Shown here in pieces: positions 16,696-25,628 of a stretch of DNA of 36,167 nucleotides (the first letter of the stretch is position 1; every line of letters starts with the position of its first letter). The DNA comes from a virus (taxonomy: Duplodnaviria > Caudoviricetes), in the IMG/VR virus record IMGVR_UViG_3300015370_000007, positions 1 through 36,167 of that record. One strand, written 5' to 3'. The translations under genes were made by a program, and so were the position numbers. The notes beneath the pieces were generated by a model. It was not told where the DNA came from, did no database searches, and saw only the letters and a list, made by a program, of their open reading frames with translations.

Positions 16696-18633
16696 TCAGC
16701 CAGCCTGTAAACCAAGGTTGCGCAGGGTCTTTTTCGTGTTGCGCTCCCGGGTGACGAGTTTATCGATCTGAAAAACAGTCTGTTTTTGTTCCCCTGCCTG
16801 TCCGGTTGTCTTGCCGGCGATCTCCTTAGACCTGAGATCGCTGGAAACGGCGTTGTCAATTTCAGCGGCTGAAACCTTTTTCGGGCTGTCTTTTTTCAAC
16901 CAGGCGGGCTTCAGCCAATCAGGCAGCCCGTCAAGGGTTTCCTTGACTGTCCTGAATGGGGTCAGCAGAAAATCCTTGATCGCTGCGCCGAACTCCTTGA
17001 TCGATTTGATGGAAAAGCCCTCGTCCCACATTTTCTTGATGGATAAAATCACCTTTGGAAGTTTGCCGATCAGGCGTGTCACGGTCTTGATCGGCGTGAT
17101 CAGATACAGGTCAATCATTGATCCGATCAGTTCGCCGGTTAATTTAAAATCAATACTGATCCCGCCAAATCCTTCAAACCCGTCTGTCAGCTCGTCCCAG
17201 AGTTTCGACCATTCATCCACCAGGGAAAAAAAGTCCTTTTTCAGGGTGTCGATCGATGGTCCCAGAAAATCGACCACATGTCCGAACGTCTCTTTCAAAC
17301 CGTCCCAGGCTAGCGACACCCAGCCGGTCCTCTGTTCCAGTTCGTACAGTCCCCAGGCAACCCCGGCGATAATGCCGACCGCCAGACCCAGGGGAGAGGT
17401 CAGGGCGGCCAGGGCGATCTTTCCGGCACCCAGTGCAATTTTCAGCGTTCCCAGGCCGGCGGTCAGGGTGATAAAGCCGCCGATCCCGGCCGCGATCGAT
17501 TTGGTTATGTAGCCGTACTCCTGGGAGAATTCACGCACGGTTTTCGCTGCATCCCCGAACCATTCGACAATCGGCAGGATATGCGGTTTCAGGCTGTCCA
17601 GCAGTTCGGAGATCGAGTTTGTCGTCTCTGATAGTGCCGATTGCCACTTGAACGAAAACCGTTGCTGCATGATCGCCGCCATGTTGTCGAGTTCGCCGGT
17701 TGTCTTGGCCTCGGCGGACATGGCCCCCAGCATGGCGATCACAGACTCGGACCCGGCGTCCTCCCATTGTGTGCCGAAGATCCCGGCACCTGCTTTCAGC
17801 ATGTCGGACTTATTGAGTCCTTTCATTTTGGCGGAGATCTGCGAAAACGCCTGGCCGATCGATACCTCCTCTTTCTGGATCTTTTCGGAGAGTCCATCCA
17901 GTCCCAGGATCTTGAAAGCGTCGACCGCCGATTTATCGCCGCCAAAAAGCCGGAGGCGGGCTTCCTTGATCGCGTCGGCAGTCTTGTCGATGTTCCAGGC
18001 GTTTTCGAGCCCGGCTCCCAACATGGAGACCGTTTCTTTCAGGTTGAAACCGGCCTCTTTGAACTGGACCCCGTATTCGTTCAGGCTTTCCAGCAGCTCT
18101 CCCTTGAGGTCTCCCCCCTGGTTGAGCAGGTAGGCCACAGAATCGCCGGACTCCTTGACGGAAGCCCCGAAGTTTTTCATCAGCGAGATCTGGGCGGACA
18201 AAGCCCCCTCCTCGTCGCCGAATTTCTTGCCAAGCAGACCGGTCTGAAACGCCAGGCGGTCCAGTTCCTCCCCGGACTTTTTAGACTGCCGGGCGACCCG
18301 GTTCAACAGCCCGGCAGATTCGGTGACGGATTTCAGGCCCAGCTCGGTGTTCAGGTCGTAAACGCTTTTTTTAAGGGATTTAAAACCGGAGTCGGCTGTT
18401 CGGGTTGTCTCTTTGAGATCCTGGAGGGCTTCGTCCTGCTCGGCAATCCGGTCAAGCAGGGAAAAGGCAGCATACGCAGCCCCGGCGACCATCAGTCCCC
18501 CGGTCGCCATCTGTGTAAATCCGGCCTCGACCTCTTTTTTCAGGGAGGAGAACTCCCCCCTGATGCTGCTGACCGTACTTTTGACAGACTCTTTTTTAAA
18601 AAGCCCGATCCCAATTTTTAAAGAGTCATTCAT
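16696..18633 (-). CDS. Tail tape measure protein
   Basis: 645 aa helical Ala/Gly-rich; ELLESLNEYGVQFKEAG, WNIDKTADAIKE, IFGTQWEDAG core. Confidence 0.92.
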   Translation of the reverse strand: MNDSLKIGIGLFKKESVKSTVSSIRGEFSSLKKEVEAGFTQMATGGLMVAGAAYAAFSLLDRIAEQDEALQDLKETTRTADSGFKSLKKSVYDLNTELGLKSVTESAGLLNRVARQSKKSGEELDRLAFQTGLLGKKFGDEEGALSAQISLMKNFGASVKESGDSVAYLLNQGGDLKGELLESLNEYGVQFKEAGFNLKETVSMLGAGLENAWNIDKTADAIKEARLRLFGGDKSAVDAFKILGLDGLSEKIQKEEVSIGQAFSQISAKMKGLNKSDMLKAGAGIFGTQWEDAGSESVIAMLGAMSAEAKTTGELDNMAAIMQQRFSFKWQSALSETTNSISELLDSLKPHILPIVEWFGDAAKTVREFSQEYGYITKSIAAGIGGFITLTAGLGTLKIALGAGKIALAALTSPLGLAVGIIAGVAWGLYELEQRTGWVSLAWDGLKETFGHVVDFLGPSIDTLKKDFFSLVDEWSKLWDELTDGFEGFGGISIDFKLTGELIGSMIDLYLITPIKTVTRLIGKLPKVILSIKKMWDEGFSIKSIKEFGAAIKDFLLTPFRTVKETLDGLPDWLKPAWLKKDSPKKVSAAEIDNAVSSDLRSKEIAGKTTGQAGEQKQTVFQIDKLVTRERNTKKTLRNLGLQAG

Positions 18634-18857
18634 AAATTGCCCAGTTCGGCACCGACTTTTTTCGACAGGAGCAAGGCCCGGTCCTCAGCCCTGAACCGCA
18701 TGGCTTGAGCCGCTTTGAGTTCAAATGCCTGATCGCTCAATTGATCCGGATCGTCCGACAGGTTGTAACGGGTAATCAACCCGTTTAAAAACTCCAGCTC
18801 GGTCAGCTCTCGATCGTAAGCTCGCCTAATGACGAGCTGTTTTTCTTCAAAAAAGGG
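18630..18857 (-). CDS. -1 frameshift extension of the tail assembly chaperone (gpE+E' equivalent; not in the ORF track)
   Basis: Open -1 frame FEEKQLVIRRAYDREL...GAELGNL ends in ATGA overlap with the tape measure; slippery CCCTTTTTTG at 18857-18848. Confidence 0.8.
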   Translation of the reverse strand, partial: PFFEEKQLVIRRAYDRELTELEFLNGLITRYNLSDDPDQLSDQAFELKAAQAMRFRAEDRALLLSKKVGAELGNL

Positions 18858-19138
18858 ACCAGTTTTTTAAATACCTCCTGCTCCAGGGACATATTTTCCG
18901 GGCTGTTGATCATGGACAGGTATTCGGCCCGCTGTGAAGGATCGACCCGGTCAAGGGTCCATTTACGGGAGACGTCCATCTCTCCCATTTTGGAGATATC
19001 GTCGAAGATATTGGCGACGTCCGCCCGGGAAAAGGTAAACCTGAAAGGGATTTTCGATCCGTTGTGCATGATCGGCAGGGTTGCCGTGCGCTGGTGCTGT
19101 AAAATGTTGTCCGGTTTTTTGGTATCCTCGTTTTCCAT
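18803..19138 (-). CDS. Tail assembly chaperone
   Basis: 111 aa between tube and tape measure, with a slippery site. Confidence 0.75.
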   Translation of the reverse strand: MENEDTKKPDNILQHQRTATLPIMHNGSKIPFRFTFSRADVANIFDDISKMGEMDVSRKWTLDRVDPSQRAEYLSMINSPENMSLEQEVFKKLVPFLKKNSSSLGELTIES

Positions 19139-19184
19139 AGCCCACCCGCTACTAAACAGTTAAAAAAATAAAATGGTTAAATAA

Positions 19185-19622
19185 TTAAATACCGCGTTGC
19201 GACGGTTCCCGGTTGACGCTGACCCCCATCACATAACATTCCCCAACCTTGACCGGCAGGTCGAAAATCATCTCGCCGCCGGCGAGTTTGTCCATTGAGG
19301 GAATCTTGATCAGGGGGACGCAGTTTTCCAGCGTAACCACAAACGGGACCTGCCCGTCCGGCGTGATGTCCAGGTTGATAAAATCCAGGGGCAGAATATC
19401 CGCCCACGACCCGCCGGCCAGTGCCATCGGTGCCAGCAGTCCGATCAGGGTCTCGGTTTTGATTGAAATCGTCGAGCCGACATCGACGGTCACCCGGGAG
19501 CGGGTCCCGTTTTTCATGGTGATCACGTCGGGGATCTCGACCGAGACCTTAGTCAGGGTGATAAACTGACCTGTCGGGCCGTAAACCCTGACGTTATCCT
19601 GGGTATATTTTGTCGGTTTCAT
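19185..19622 (-). CDS. Tail tube protein
   Basis: 145 aa beta-rich protein directly after the sheath; VTLENC..IKIPSMDK.AGG similar to HP1-type tubes. Confidence 0.7.
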   Translation of the reverse strand: MKPTKYTQDNVRVYGPTGQFITLTKVSVEIPDVITMKNGTRSRVTVDVGSTISIKTETLIGLLAPMALAGGSWADILPLDFINLDITPDGQVPFVVTLENCVPLIKIPSMDKLAGGEMIFDLPVKVGECYVMGVSVNREPSQRGI

Positions 19623-20909
19623 CTATACGGCCTCCGGAGGAACGATCGTTACTTTTACGCCGACATGCTTGATCCGGTTTTTGTCGGTGATTGAAAAAGT
19701 GAATTCAACCCCGCCGCCGGTCAACCAGTCGGCTGTGATGGTATAGTCGGTGATTTCTGGAATCAGAGAGCCGCCCGGCTTTTTCATCTGCTTTAAGCCC
19801 TTGGCTGCGACTGCGGCGGCTGCCAGCGCCCCGCCGTCGTCCCTGTCGAAGGCGTCGTCGTTGATCAGTTCAAACCCATAGTGGCGGATCAACCGTTTTG
19901 CCTTGTTCAGGGTTCGCCGGGTCGCCATTGTTTTAACGGTGTCCGTGCCTGAAAACATGACATTGTCGTCGTTGATATGGACCTCGGTCACCCGTTCCGG
20001 AAACCGTTTCAAAAAAACGACCCGGGCCGTATCCAACAGGCTGTGATGGGTATAGACGAGATCCGGATCGACGTCGACGTTGATCAGTTCGCCGTCCTTG
20101 ACCTTGCCGGCACTGGTTGACACCCGGGTTTTTGACAGCCGGCCCACATAGGCCCCGACATGGTTCGATTCCGTGTAGGGGGCGACAATGGAGATTGCCG
20201 AGCTGGAAAAGAGCTCGAACTCGTCGTCGACTCTCATGCAGTAGTCGTCTGGATGTTCTTTCAGCCAGGCGCCGGCCAGAAAGGTAAAAGTCGCGGTTGT
20301 GTCTGCGATCGAGCAGGATTCGGCAGCCTTGGCGGTCACGGTGAAACGACCCGACAGTTGATCCGAGGCGTCGTCCCGGGTGATCAGAATCTCGTCGTCG
20401 ACCTCCACCTGGTGCCCCACAGGCAGGGGAATTGTCAGGGTTCCCGCGTTCTGTGCCGCTTCGACAGCTTCGAGGTCGTATTTGTACGCCTTGCGGTAAT
20501 GGGTAACGAATTCCAGATCGATCTTTTTATTTACCTGGGCCGCGTGACCGTTTTTAACCGCAGCCACGAACGCCGCGTCGCAGTCCTCGTTAAAAATAGT
20601 GATCAGGCTGATTTCATGAGCCGCCGCCAGGGTGTCGATATGGTCGTCAATCAGGGCCGCTGTCATCTCTGCCGCTGCTATGCAGTAGACCACGCCCCAG
20701 AACTTCGCGTTGCCGTTTAACTGTACGGTTTCAAGTTCGTCCGCCAGGGTCCCGGCCCCGAACAGTGTCTGGACGTCTGTCGTCGTATCCAGCAGAAAAA
20801 ACCCCCTCAGTGTCGCATGGGAGGCAATAAAGCCCTGTTTGTACTCCAGACCCTCTGGAGGTTCGGCCCCGCCGCCGGCGAGTTCTTCAATATCTATTCC
20901 GGTTAACAT
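19623..20909 (-). CDS. Contractile tail sheath (HP1/DUF2586-like)
   Basis: VGAYVGRL..SAGKVKDG, LDTARVVF, RRTLNKAKRLIR, PEITD; position before the tube. Confidence 0.78.
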   Translation of the reverse strand: MLTGIDIEELAGGGAEPPEGLEYKQGFIASHATLRGFFLLDTTTDVQTLFGAGTLADELETVQLNGNAKFWGVVYCIAAAEMTAALIDDHIDTLAAAHEISLITIFNEDCDAAFVAAVKNGHAAQVNKKIDLEFVTHYRKAYKYDLEAVEAAQNAGTLTIPLPVGHQVEVDDEILITRDDASDQLSGRFTVTAKAAESCSIADTTATFTFLAGAWLKEHPDDYCMRVDDEFELFSSSAISIVAPYTESNHVGAYVGRLSKTRVSTSAGKVKDGELINVDVDPDLVYTHHSLLDTARVVFLKRFPERVTEVHINDDNVMFSGTDTVKTMATRRTLNKAKRLIRHYGFELINDDAFDRDDGGALAAAAVAAKGLKQMKKPGGSLIPEITDYTITADWLTGGGVEFTFSITDKNRIKHVGVKVTIVPPEAV

Positions 20910-21064
20910 TTTATGTCCTTATACTGGTTTAACGGTTGCCCGGTTTGACAGGCTGTGTGAGTAAGCAAAGTTTAGCCGGATCAGACGGCAGACAACCGAT
21001 AAACGTCTTTTTTAGTTGCCTTACTGGCGACATCACAACAACCCGCATTAACTGGAACGATGGA

Positions 21065-21364
21065 TTACCGATTCTTTTTAGACCTGGACCCCGCCTTGCT
21101 GTCTGTCTCATCGTCCGCCCCAAACTGGTCGGAGGGGTCCGGCTCATCCTGGGCGATCATCTGACCCGGGGGGGGTTCTGCCTTCATGTCTGAGATCAGG
21201 ATCTCCCGGGCTTTTTCCTGATCCCCGCCGGCTTTAATCAACGCTTTTTTGACAGCCATCCGGCTCGGTTTAACTTTGACCCCATCGTCTGACTTGATCG
21301 AGTTGAATGTGTCGACAACAGTCTGTAGCTTTATAATCGGCGGTCTGACAGTATCCTTTGACAT
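21065..21364 (-). CDS. Small protein with a UBA-like helical motif and acidic tail (likely start 21364)
   Basis: SRMAVKKALIKAGGDQEKAREIL resembles the EF-Ts N-terminal/UBA pattern. Confidence 0.55.
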   Translation of the reverse strand: MSKDTVRPPIIKLQTVVDTFNSIKSDDGVKVKPSRMAVKKALIKAGGDQEKAREILISDMKAEPPPGQMIAQDEPDPSDQFGADDETDSKAGSRSKKNR

Positions 21365-21374
21365 GCGGAACCTG

Positions 21375-22157
21375 TTATTTAGGATTGGAAGCGACACAGA
21401 AAAAAGCGTGTTTTTCCTGATCGGGTTCAATAAACTTGTACTGATCCGGGTTTTTGGGGTCGTAAATCATATAACGGACTGTGTCGGAAAAAAAACCTTT
21501 GTCGATCTGCTCCTGGCGGGTCCAGAGAACCTCGTCCGTCGTTGCTATATTCAGGGACTGGAAAATAAACTTTGTCAGCTCCTTATGACTGGCAACCTGT
21601 CCCTGCCATTTAACCGCGCAGATTTTTTTAGCCATGTCAAAACCGGCCTTGATCGATGCCCGACAATAAACCTTGTTTTGTATCCTGGCCGACTCCTCCG
21701 ACATGGAACATTCGGCTGACTCGTAATCCATGCCGTTGACCGGTGTCGACGTCGAATACAGGTTTTCCCCCAGGTAAACAAGACCGGCCAGGTAAACATT
21801 GCTTTCCTGGTCCGGATGCCGACCCCTGGAGACAAAGAATTTTTCCTTGCCGTAGTCGACAGCGTCCGACGCGATCCGGACCAGAGATTGCCCGGACTCG
21901 ACCAGGACCTTGCCCTCCTTCGTGTCGACAACCGTCGGGTCAAAGACAAAAGCCCGCACGGCGATCGCCAGCCCGGACTCTGGAAACTGCCTGGCGGCCA
22001 CCATTGCAACCGTCGGGCCGATCATCAGTAAAACCAGCACAAACCACCCGACACGCTTGACCAGCCTGAGATCCCGGGAGCGGGTATTGAAAAAACCGGT
22101 AACAGTGTTTCCCGGTTGTGGGGCGTTGATCTTGATGGTTGTTTGCATTTTTCTCAT
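21375..22157 (-). CDS. Membrane-anchored protein with a possible C-type-lectin-like C-terminal domain (start 22157)
   Basis: GGGAGG RBS and ATGA overlap; one TM; FDMAKKICAVKWQGQVASHKEL...LWT...FFCV. Confidence 0.6.
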   Translation of the reverse strand: MRKMQTTIKINAPQPGNTVTGFFNTRSRDLRLVKRVGWFVLVLLMIGPTVAMVAARQFPESGLAIAVRAFVFDPTVVDTKEGKVLVESGQSLVRIASDAVDYGKEKFFVSRGRHPDQESNVYLAGLVYLGENLYSTSTPVNGMDYESAECSMSEESARIQNKVYCRASIKAGFDMAKKICAVKWQGQVASHKELTKFIFQSLNIATTDEVLWTRQEQIDKGFFSDTVRYMIYDPKNPDQYKFIEPDQEKHAFFCVASNPK

Positions 22158-22411
22158 GATAAAACCTCCCTGAATGGCAGAATCCACGGCAACAGAACCA
22201 GGGCCGTCGTGACGATTAGTTTAAGGGTGTAAATAATATCTGAAATCTGGAATATCCCGTCGCCGAAGGTCGGTGGAAAACTTTTCCACATGGGTAACCA
22301 GATTTTTATGCCTGCTGTCATCGAAAAGCCCAGGGCGACAAAAAACAGGACATTAAAGCGGAGCCCGCCATCCACCAGCCAGGCCAGATAACCGACAGCC
22401 GCAGCAATCAT
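22154..22411 (-). CDS. Small membrane protein (holin candidate)
   Basis: 85 aa with 2-3 hydrophobic segments; coupled on both sides. Confidence 0.55.
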   Translation of the reverse strand: MIAAAVGYLAWLVDGGLRFNVLFFVALGFSMTAGIKIWLPMWKSFPPTFGDGIFQISDIIYTLKLIVTTALVLLPWILPFREVLS

Positions 22412-22893
22412 GACAGCCCTTGTGTGTTAATTGTCGTTTTCCGGAACCTGGGCAGTTTAAACCGGATCTTGAAACTCAGTTTTCCTTTCAGACCCAGTAT
22501 GATCGCGACGATTGTCCTGCCGGCCATACATTGGGCATAGAATCCAAAAAACAAAAGCAGGGACAGGGATTTGAATTGCAGGGCGGCTGTCCCCATCTCG
22601 TCCAGGAATTCCGGATAAATAAGGCTGTATCCGACCCGGTGCAGTTCAAAGCTGGTGATCACAATGCCCAGGGACCGGCCCAGAAACAACAGGTCGAGTT
22701 CCCCGTTGAAACTGGACCAGCCGATCACAAACGCCAGAATCAACCCGCCCAAAACCAGGGTGAAAACATCAAATCCGGAACCGTCTGTCCTGATTGACAA
22801 ATGGGACAGAAACATCGTTAACACAGACAACAGGACCAGCCGTTGCCAGGCTGTCGGGTTTGAAAAAAACAATTTGATATGTTCCTTTTTCAT
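22408..22893 (-). CDS. Multi-pass membrane protein
   Basis: About 4 TM segments and a basic C-terminal tail. Confidence 0.7.
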   Translation of the reverse strand: MKKEHIKLFFSNPTAWQRLVLLSVLTMFLSHLSIRTDGSGFDVFTLVLGGLILAFVIGWSSFNGELDLLFLGRSLGIVITSFELHRVGYSLIYPEFLDEMGTAALQFKSLSLLLFFGFYAQCMAGRTIVAIILGLKGKLSFKIRFKLPRFRKTTINTQGLS

Positions 22894-23972
22894 GGGGTCC
22901 CGGATAACAGGTATTCAATATGATTCTGAAAGGCGTAGTGCATGGTCGGCATGGATTCGAAAATAATCGGCTGATACCCGGGGACCAGGTCGGACATGAT
23001 GTTGATCGTCTCCTCGGTCTTCAGTTTCTTTCCAATCTCGTCCACCTGAAAATGGGCCGCCAGCTCCTTGTGGCTTTTCAGCTCCTTGTGGCTCCGTTTT
23101 TCGATCAGCGGAGCCGAAATAAACGGTGTAAAATGCAGTTTTTGAGGCTTGTAAAAATTGTAAAGGGTCGCATCCGGGCAGCACAGACCGAACGTGCTGT
23201 AACTCCACAAAATGCCCTCGTCAGCGAAGGCGGTTCCAGCCGGGCTGCCGTCTCCGGCAATGGCTACCGGGACGTAGTCCAGCAGATTCGCCAGGCAGCA
23301 CTGAACAACCGCGACCAGCGGAAAATCAGGTTTGATCTGTTTGCAGATAATCTCGGAGTTTCCGGTGACGCCGTTGACAACCGGGATAAAGATATCGCTT
23401 TCCAGATCCTTGACGGTCAACTGGTCGAAATTACTGATCAGCCTGGAGCAGAACCGGATAACTGGTTCGAATCGGTTCCGCTTTTCAATCAGGCGGATTT
23501 TATTGACCGGCAACCCCCAGGTCAAAAACGCCTGTTTCAAATGGCCGGCGGTCACGCCGGCTGCCAGGAGGAGATTTAAGAACATTCCGAATCCGGTTCC
23601 CGCGCAGACATCGAACCGGCGTTCGTTCTGCTCCAGTATGGGCAGGGAGCGCAGGGCCGAAAGGTCGGGGGCGCTGGTCGACAGAACGAACAGGGTGTCC
23701 GAAGCGGCCAGGCTGTTTTGTGACGGGTCGAGCATGACACCGGGAGCCAGGGGGATTTCTGAAATTACAATATTGACCCGGGACCTGGCGGATTGCCCGG
23801 GAATCGAAAAAACGATCTCGGACTGGCTGATTTTAACGATCTCCGGCTGGGGGCCTTCGATGTATTTAAAACGAACCTGGACGGAACCCGGATTCGAAAA
23901 CAATTGCTGACGTTTGACGATGCCGGTCGGAGGGACAACCAGGGAAAAATCGGCGACGACTGTACGTTCCAT
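22890..23972 (-). CDS. IPT/TIG-like domain plus degenerate patatin-like domain
   Basis: FDVCAGTGFG (GxSxG with Ser replaced by Gly), LTVKDL..DIFIPVVN..TG, FADEGI (DGG-like); N-terminal VQVRF...EIVKISQSEIVFSIP. Confidence 0.65.
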   Translation of the reverse strand: MERTVVADFSLVVPPTGIVKRQQLFSNPGSVQVRFKYIEGPQPEIVKISQSEIVFSIPGQSARSRVNIVISEIPLAPGVMLDPSQNSLAASDTLFVLSTSAPDLSALRSLPILEQNERRFDVCAGTGFGMFLNLLLAAGVTAGHLKQAFLTWGLPVNKIRLIEKRNRFEPVIRFCSRLISNFDQLTVKDLESDIFIPVVNGVTGNSEIICKQIKPDFPLVAVVQCCLANLLDYVPVAIAGDGSPAGTAFADEGILWSYSTFGLCCPDATLYNFYKPQKLHFTPFISAPLIEKRSHKELKSHKELAAHFQVDEIGKKLKTEETINIMSDLVPGYQPIIFESMPTMHYAFQNHIEYLLSGTP

Positions 23973-23981
23973 TGCGACCTC

Positions 23982-24611
23982 TTATTTTTTAAAATAGCTG
24001 TGTTTTAAAATCAGTTCCCGGGTCCGGGCGGATATCAGCTTGATATCCTGTTTTGTAAACCCGAGGATCTCCCGGGATTCCAACTTGATGACTTTAGCCC
24101 GGGCCGAAACCCGCTCCCGGTGTTTCCGGATAATCGCTCCCGCCTGGCCGATCGTGAACCTGTCATGTAAATACTTGACCGACCGCCGTTTCTTGATGAT
24201 GAATTGCAGCTCCTTGGCCTGCTCCTTTGTGCAGGGGTCTTTTAGTGTCCGGCCGAGTTTGGCGTTCTGTTTTTTCTGCTTTCCAATCCATTGCTCGATG
24301 GGTTCGTCCCGCCCTTCGTGATGGGCAATGGCGACCGGGTTCGTGATCTCCAGGGAGCCGCTCTTTTCGTCGTAATAAACCTTGACCCATTTCGGCCGCA
24401 ATGTTTTAAGCAGCATTTTCTTTTTTTTGCCGCTTTTCCTGGCCGCGTAGGATGTCCCGTCCAGGTTTTCCTGTCTGCGGACCCTTTGGCGGTTCAGGCT
24501 GAGCGCGTACCGGATCACGTCCCTGTAAATCCATTTCCAGCGATTCGGCGGGACGATCTGTTCCATCATGGCCGACTCTTTCTCCAGGTCGATGATATCG
24601 ATCTCCAGCAT
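23982..24611 (-). CDS. Virion morphogenesis / tail completion protein (gpS-like)
   Basis: NRQRVRRQENLDGTSYAARK....KML, VAIAHHEG, T..QAKEL, REILG. Confidence 0.85.
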   Translation of the reverse strand: MLEIDIIDLEKESAMMEQIVPPNRWKWIYRDVIRYALSLNRQRVRRQENLDGTSYAARKSGKKKKMLLKTLRPKWVKVYYDEKSGSLEITNPVAIAHHEGRDEPIEQWIGKQKKQNAKLGRTLKDPCTKEQAKELQFIIKKRRSVKYLHDRFTIGQAGAIIRKHRERVSARAKVIKLESREILGFTKQDIKLISARTRELILKHSYFKK

Positions 24612-25069
24612 CAGACCCCGATCGGCCGGGTGACTTCGACCTCCTGGTATTTAACGCCTTTATAATCGATCAGCTTGTCCCAGTTCGCCCGGATATAAGT
24701 TTCAAGCTCCTCGCCTTCGAGTTCGACCGGTTCAAGTTGGGTAATCTCCCGAAACGTGTTGCGGATCTCGATATTGCACTCCTTTTCGTCCCCAAAATCC
24801 TCGGTATCCAGGGAGAAATTTTCGGAACTGTAACCGTTAACCATGAACCAGTCCCGGATGTAAAGCTGTACCGTTGTAAACTGCCGGCGTTTTTCAACCC
24901 CGACAACGGTGATAGTCCCCTCGTACTCTTTGGAGATCCGGATCGGGCCGTCCTGGACAGGCTGGGTAACACTCAGAATTTTAGTTGTCGCGGTATCGAT
25001 CAAAAAGTCGTCCCGGGAGATCTCGGTCTTTTCGCTGAGATAATCGGCCAGGGCGGTCGCTCTAATCAT
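24611..25069 (-). CDS. Tail completion/terminator (gpR-like); likely start 25069
   Basis: MIRATALADYL start overlaps the upstream stop (ATGA); position before gpS. Confidence 0.6.
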   Translation of the reverse strand: MIRATALADYLSEKTEISRDDFLIDTATTKILSVTQPVQDGPIRISKEYEGTITVVGVEKRRQFTTVQLYIRDWFMVNGYSSENFSLDTEDFGDEKECNIEIRNTFREITQLEPVELEGEELETYIRANWDKLIDYKGVKYQEVEVTRPIGV

Positions 25070-25248
25070 TTGATCAGCTCCCTGGCTTTGTCTGTTGCAT
25101 CCTTTGCGACGTCCCGGGCTGTATCCTTCAGCCGTTCCACAGACGGCGGTTTGATGTCGATATCGGACGACCTGAACGTATTCAGGGCGTACCACCCGCA
25201 GACAACCAGACAGAGCGCAATCAGCGCAAACTTGAAAATTGCTTTCAT
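25066..25248 (-). CDS. 60-aa protein with an N-terminal signal/TM helix
   Basis: MKAIFKFALIALCLVVCGWYAL; ATGA overlaps on both sides; occupies the HP1-type lysis position after the head completion gene. Confidence 0.65.
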   Translation of the reverse strand: MKAIFKFALIALCLVVCGWYALNTFRSSDIDIKPPSVERLKDTARDVAKDATDKARELIK

Positions 25249-25628
25249 ATCAGTTCAAAGTGATAGATTTTTACAAATCCGGTAACATCGGAAAGGGTCT
25301 CCCAGGCGTTCGCCTCGATCTCGTCGTCGATCTCCTGTTCTCCCTCACTTCCGGACTTGAATTTCCGGTCTTTTTTCAGCTCGTCCATGACCAGGGATTT
25401 AGCCAGGTCGAAAATACCGTCCTTGAAATTGTCGATATCCGCCTCGGTAAAGGCTGCCGGGACCAGGTCCATATCGAATTGTTTGACGGCCTTGTCGATC
25501 GCTTTCTGGATGTTTCGCTCCAGGATCAGCGGGTTAGTGTCCGGGCCTAGACGTTTCAAGACCCGGAACTCATCTGTGATCAGCTCCGGCGTGTTGCTCG
25601 GCCAGTTTGTCGGGTATCGGTACGTCAT
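25245..25628 (-). CDS. Head completion/stabilisation protein (gpL-like)
   Basis: Follows gpM; PELITDEFR..., AKSL, C-terminal .ELI as in gpL. Confidence 0.65.
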   Translation of the reverse strand: MTYRYPTNWPSNTPELITDEFRVLKRLGPDTNPLILERNIQKAIDKAVKQFDMDLVPAAFTEADIDNFKDGIFDLAKSLVMDELKKDRKFKSGSEGEQEIDDEIEANAWETLSDVTGFVKIYHFELI

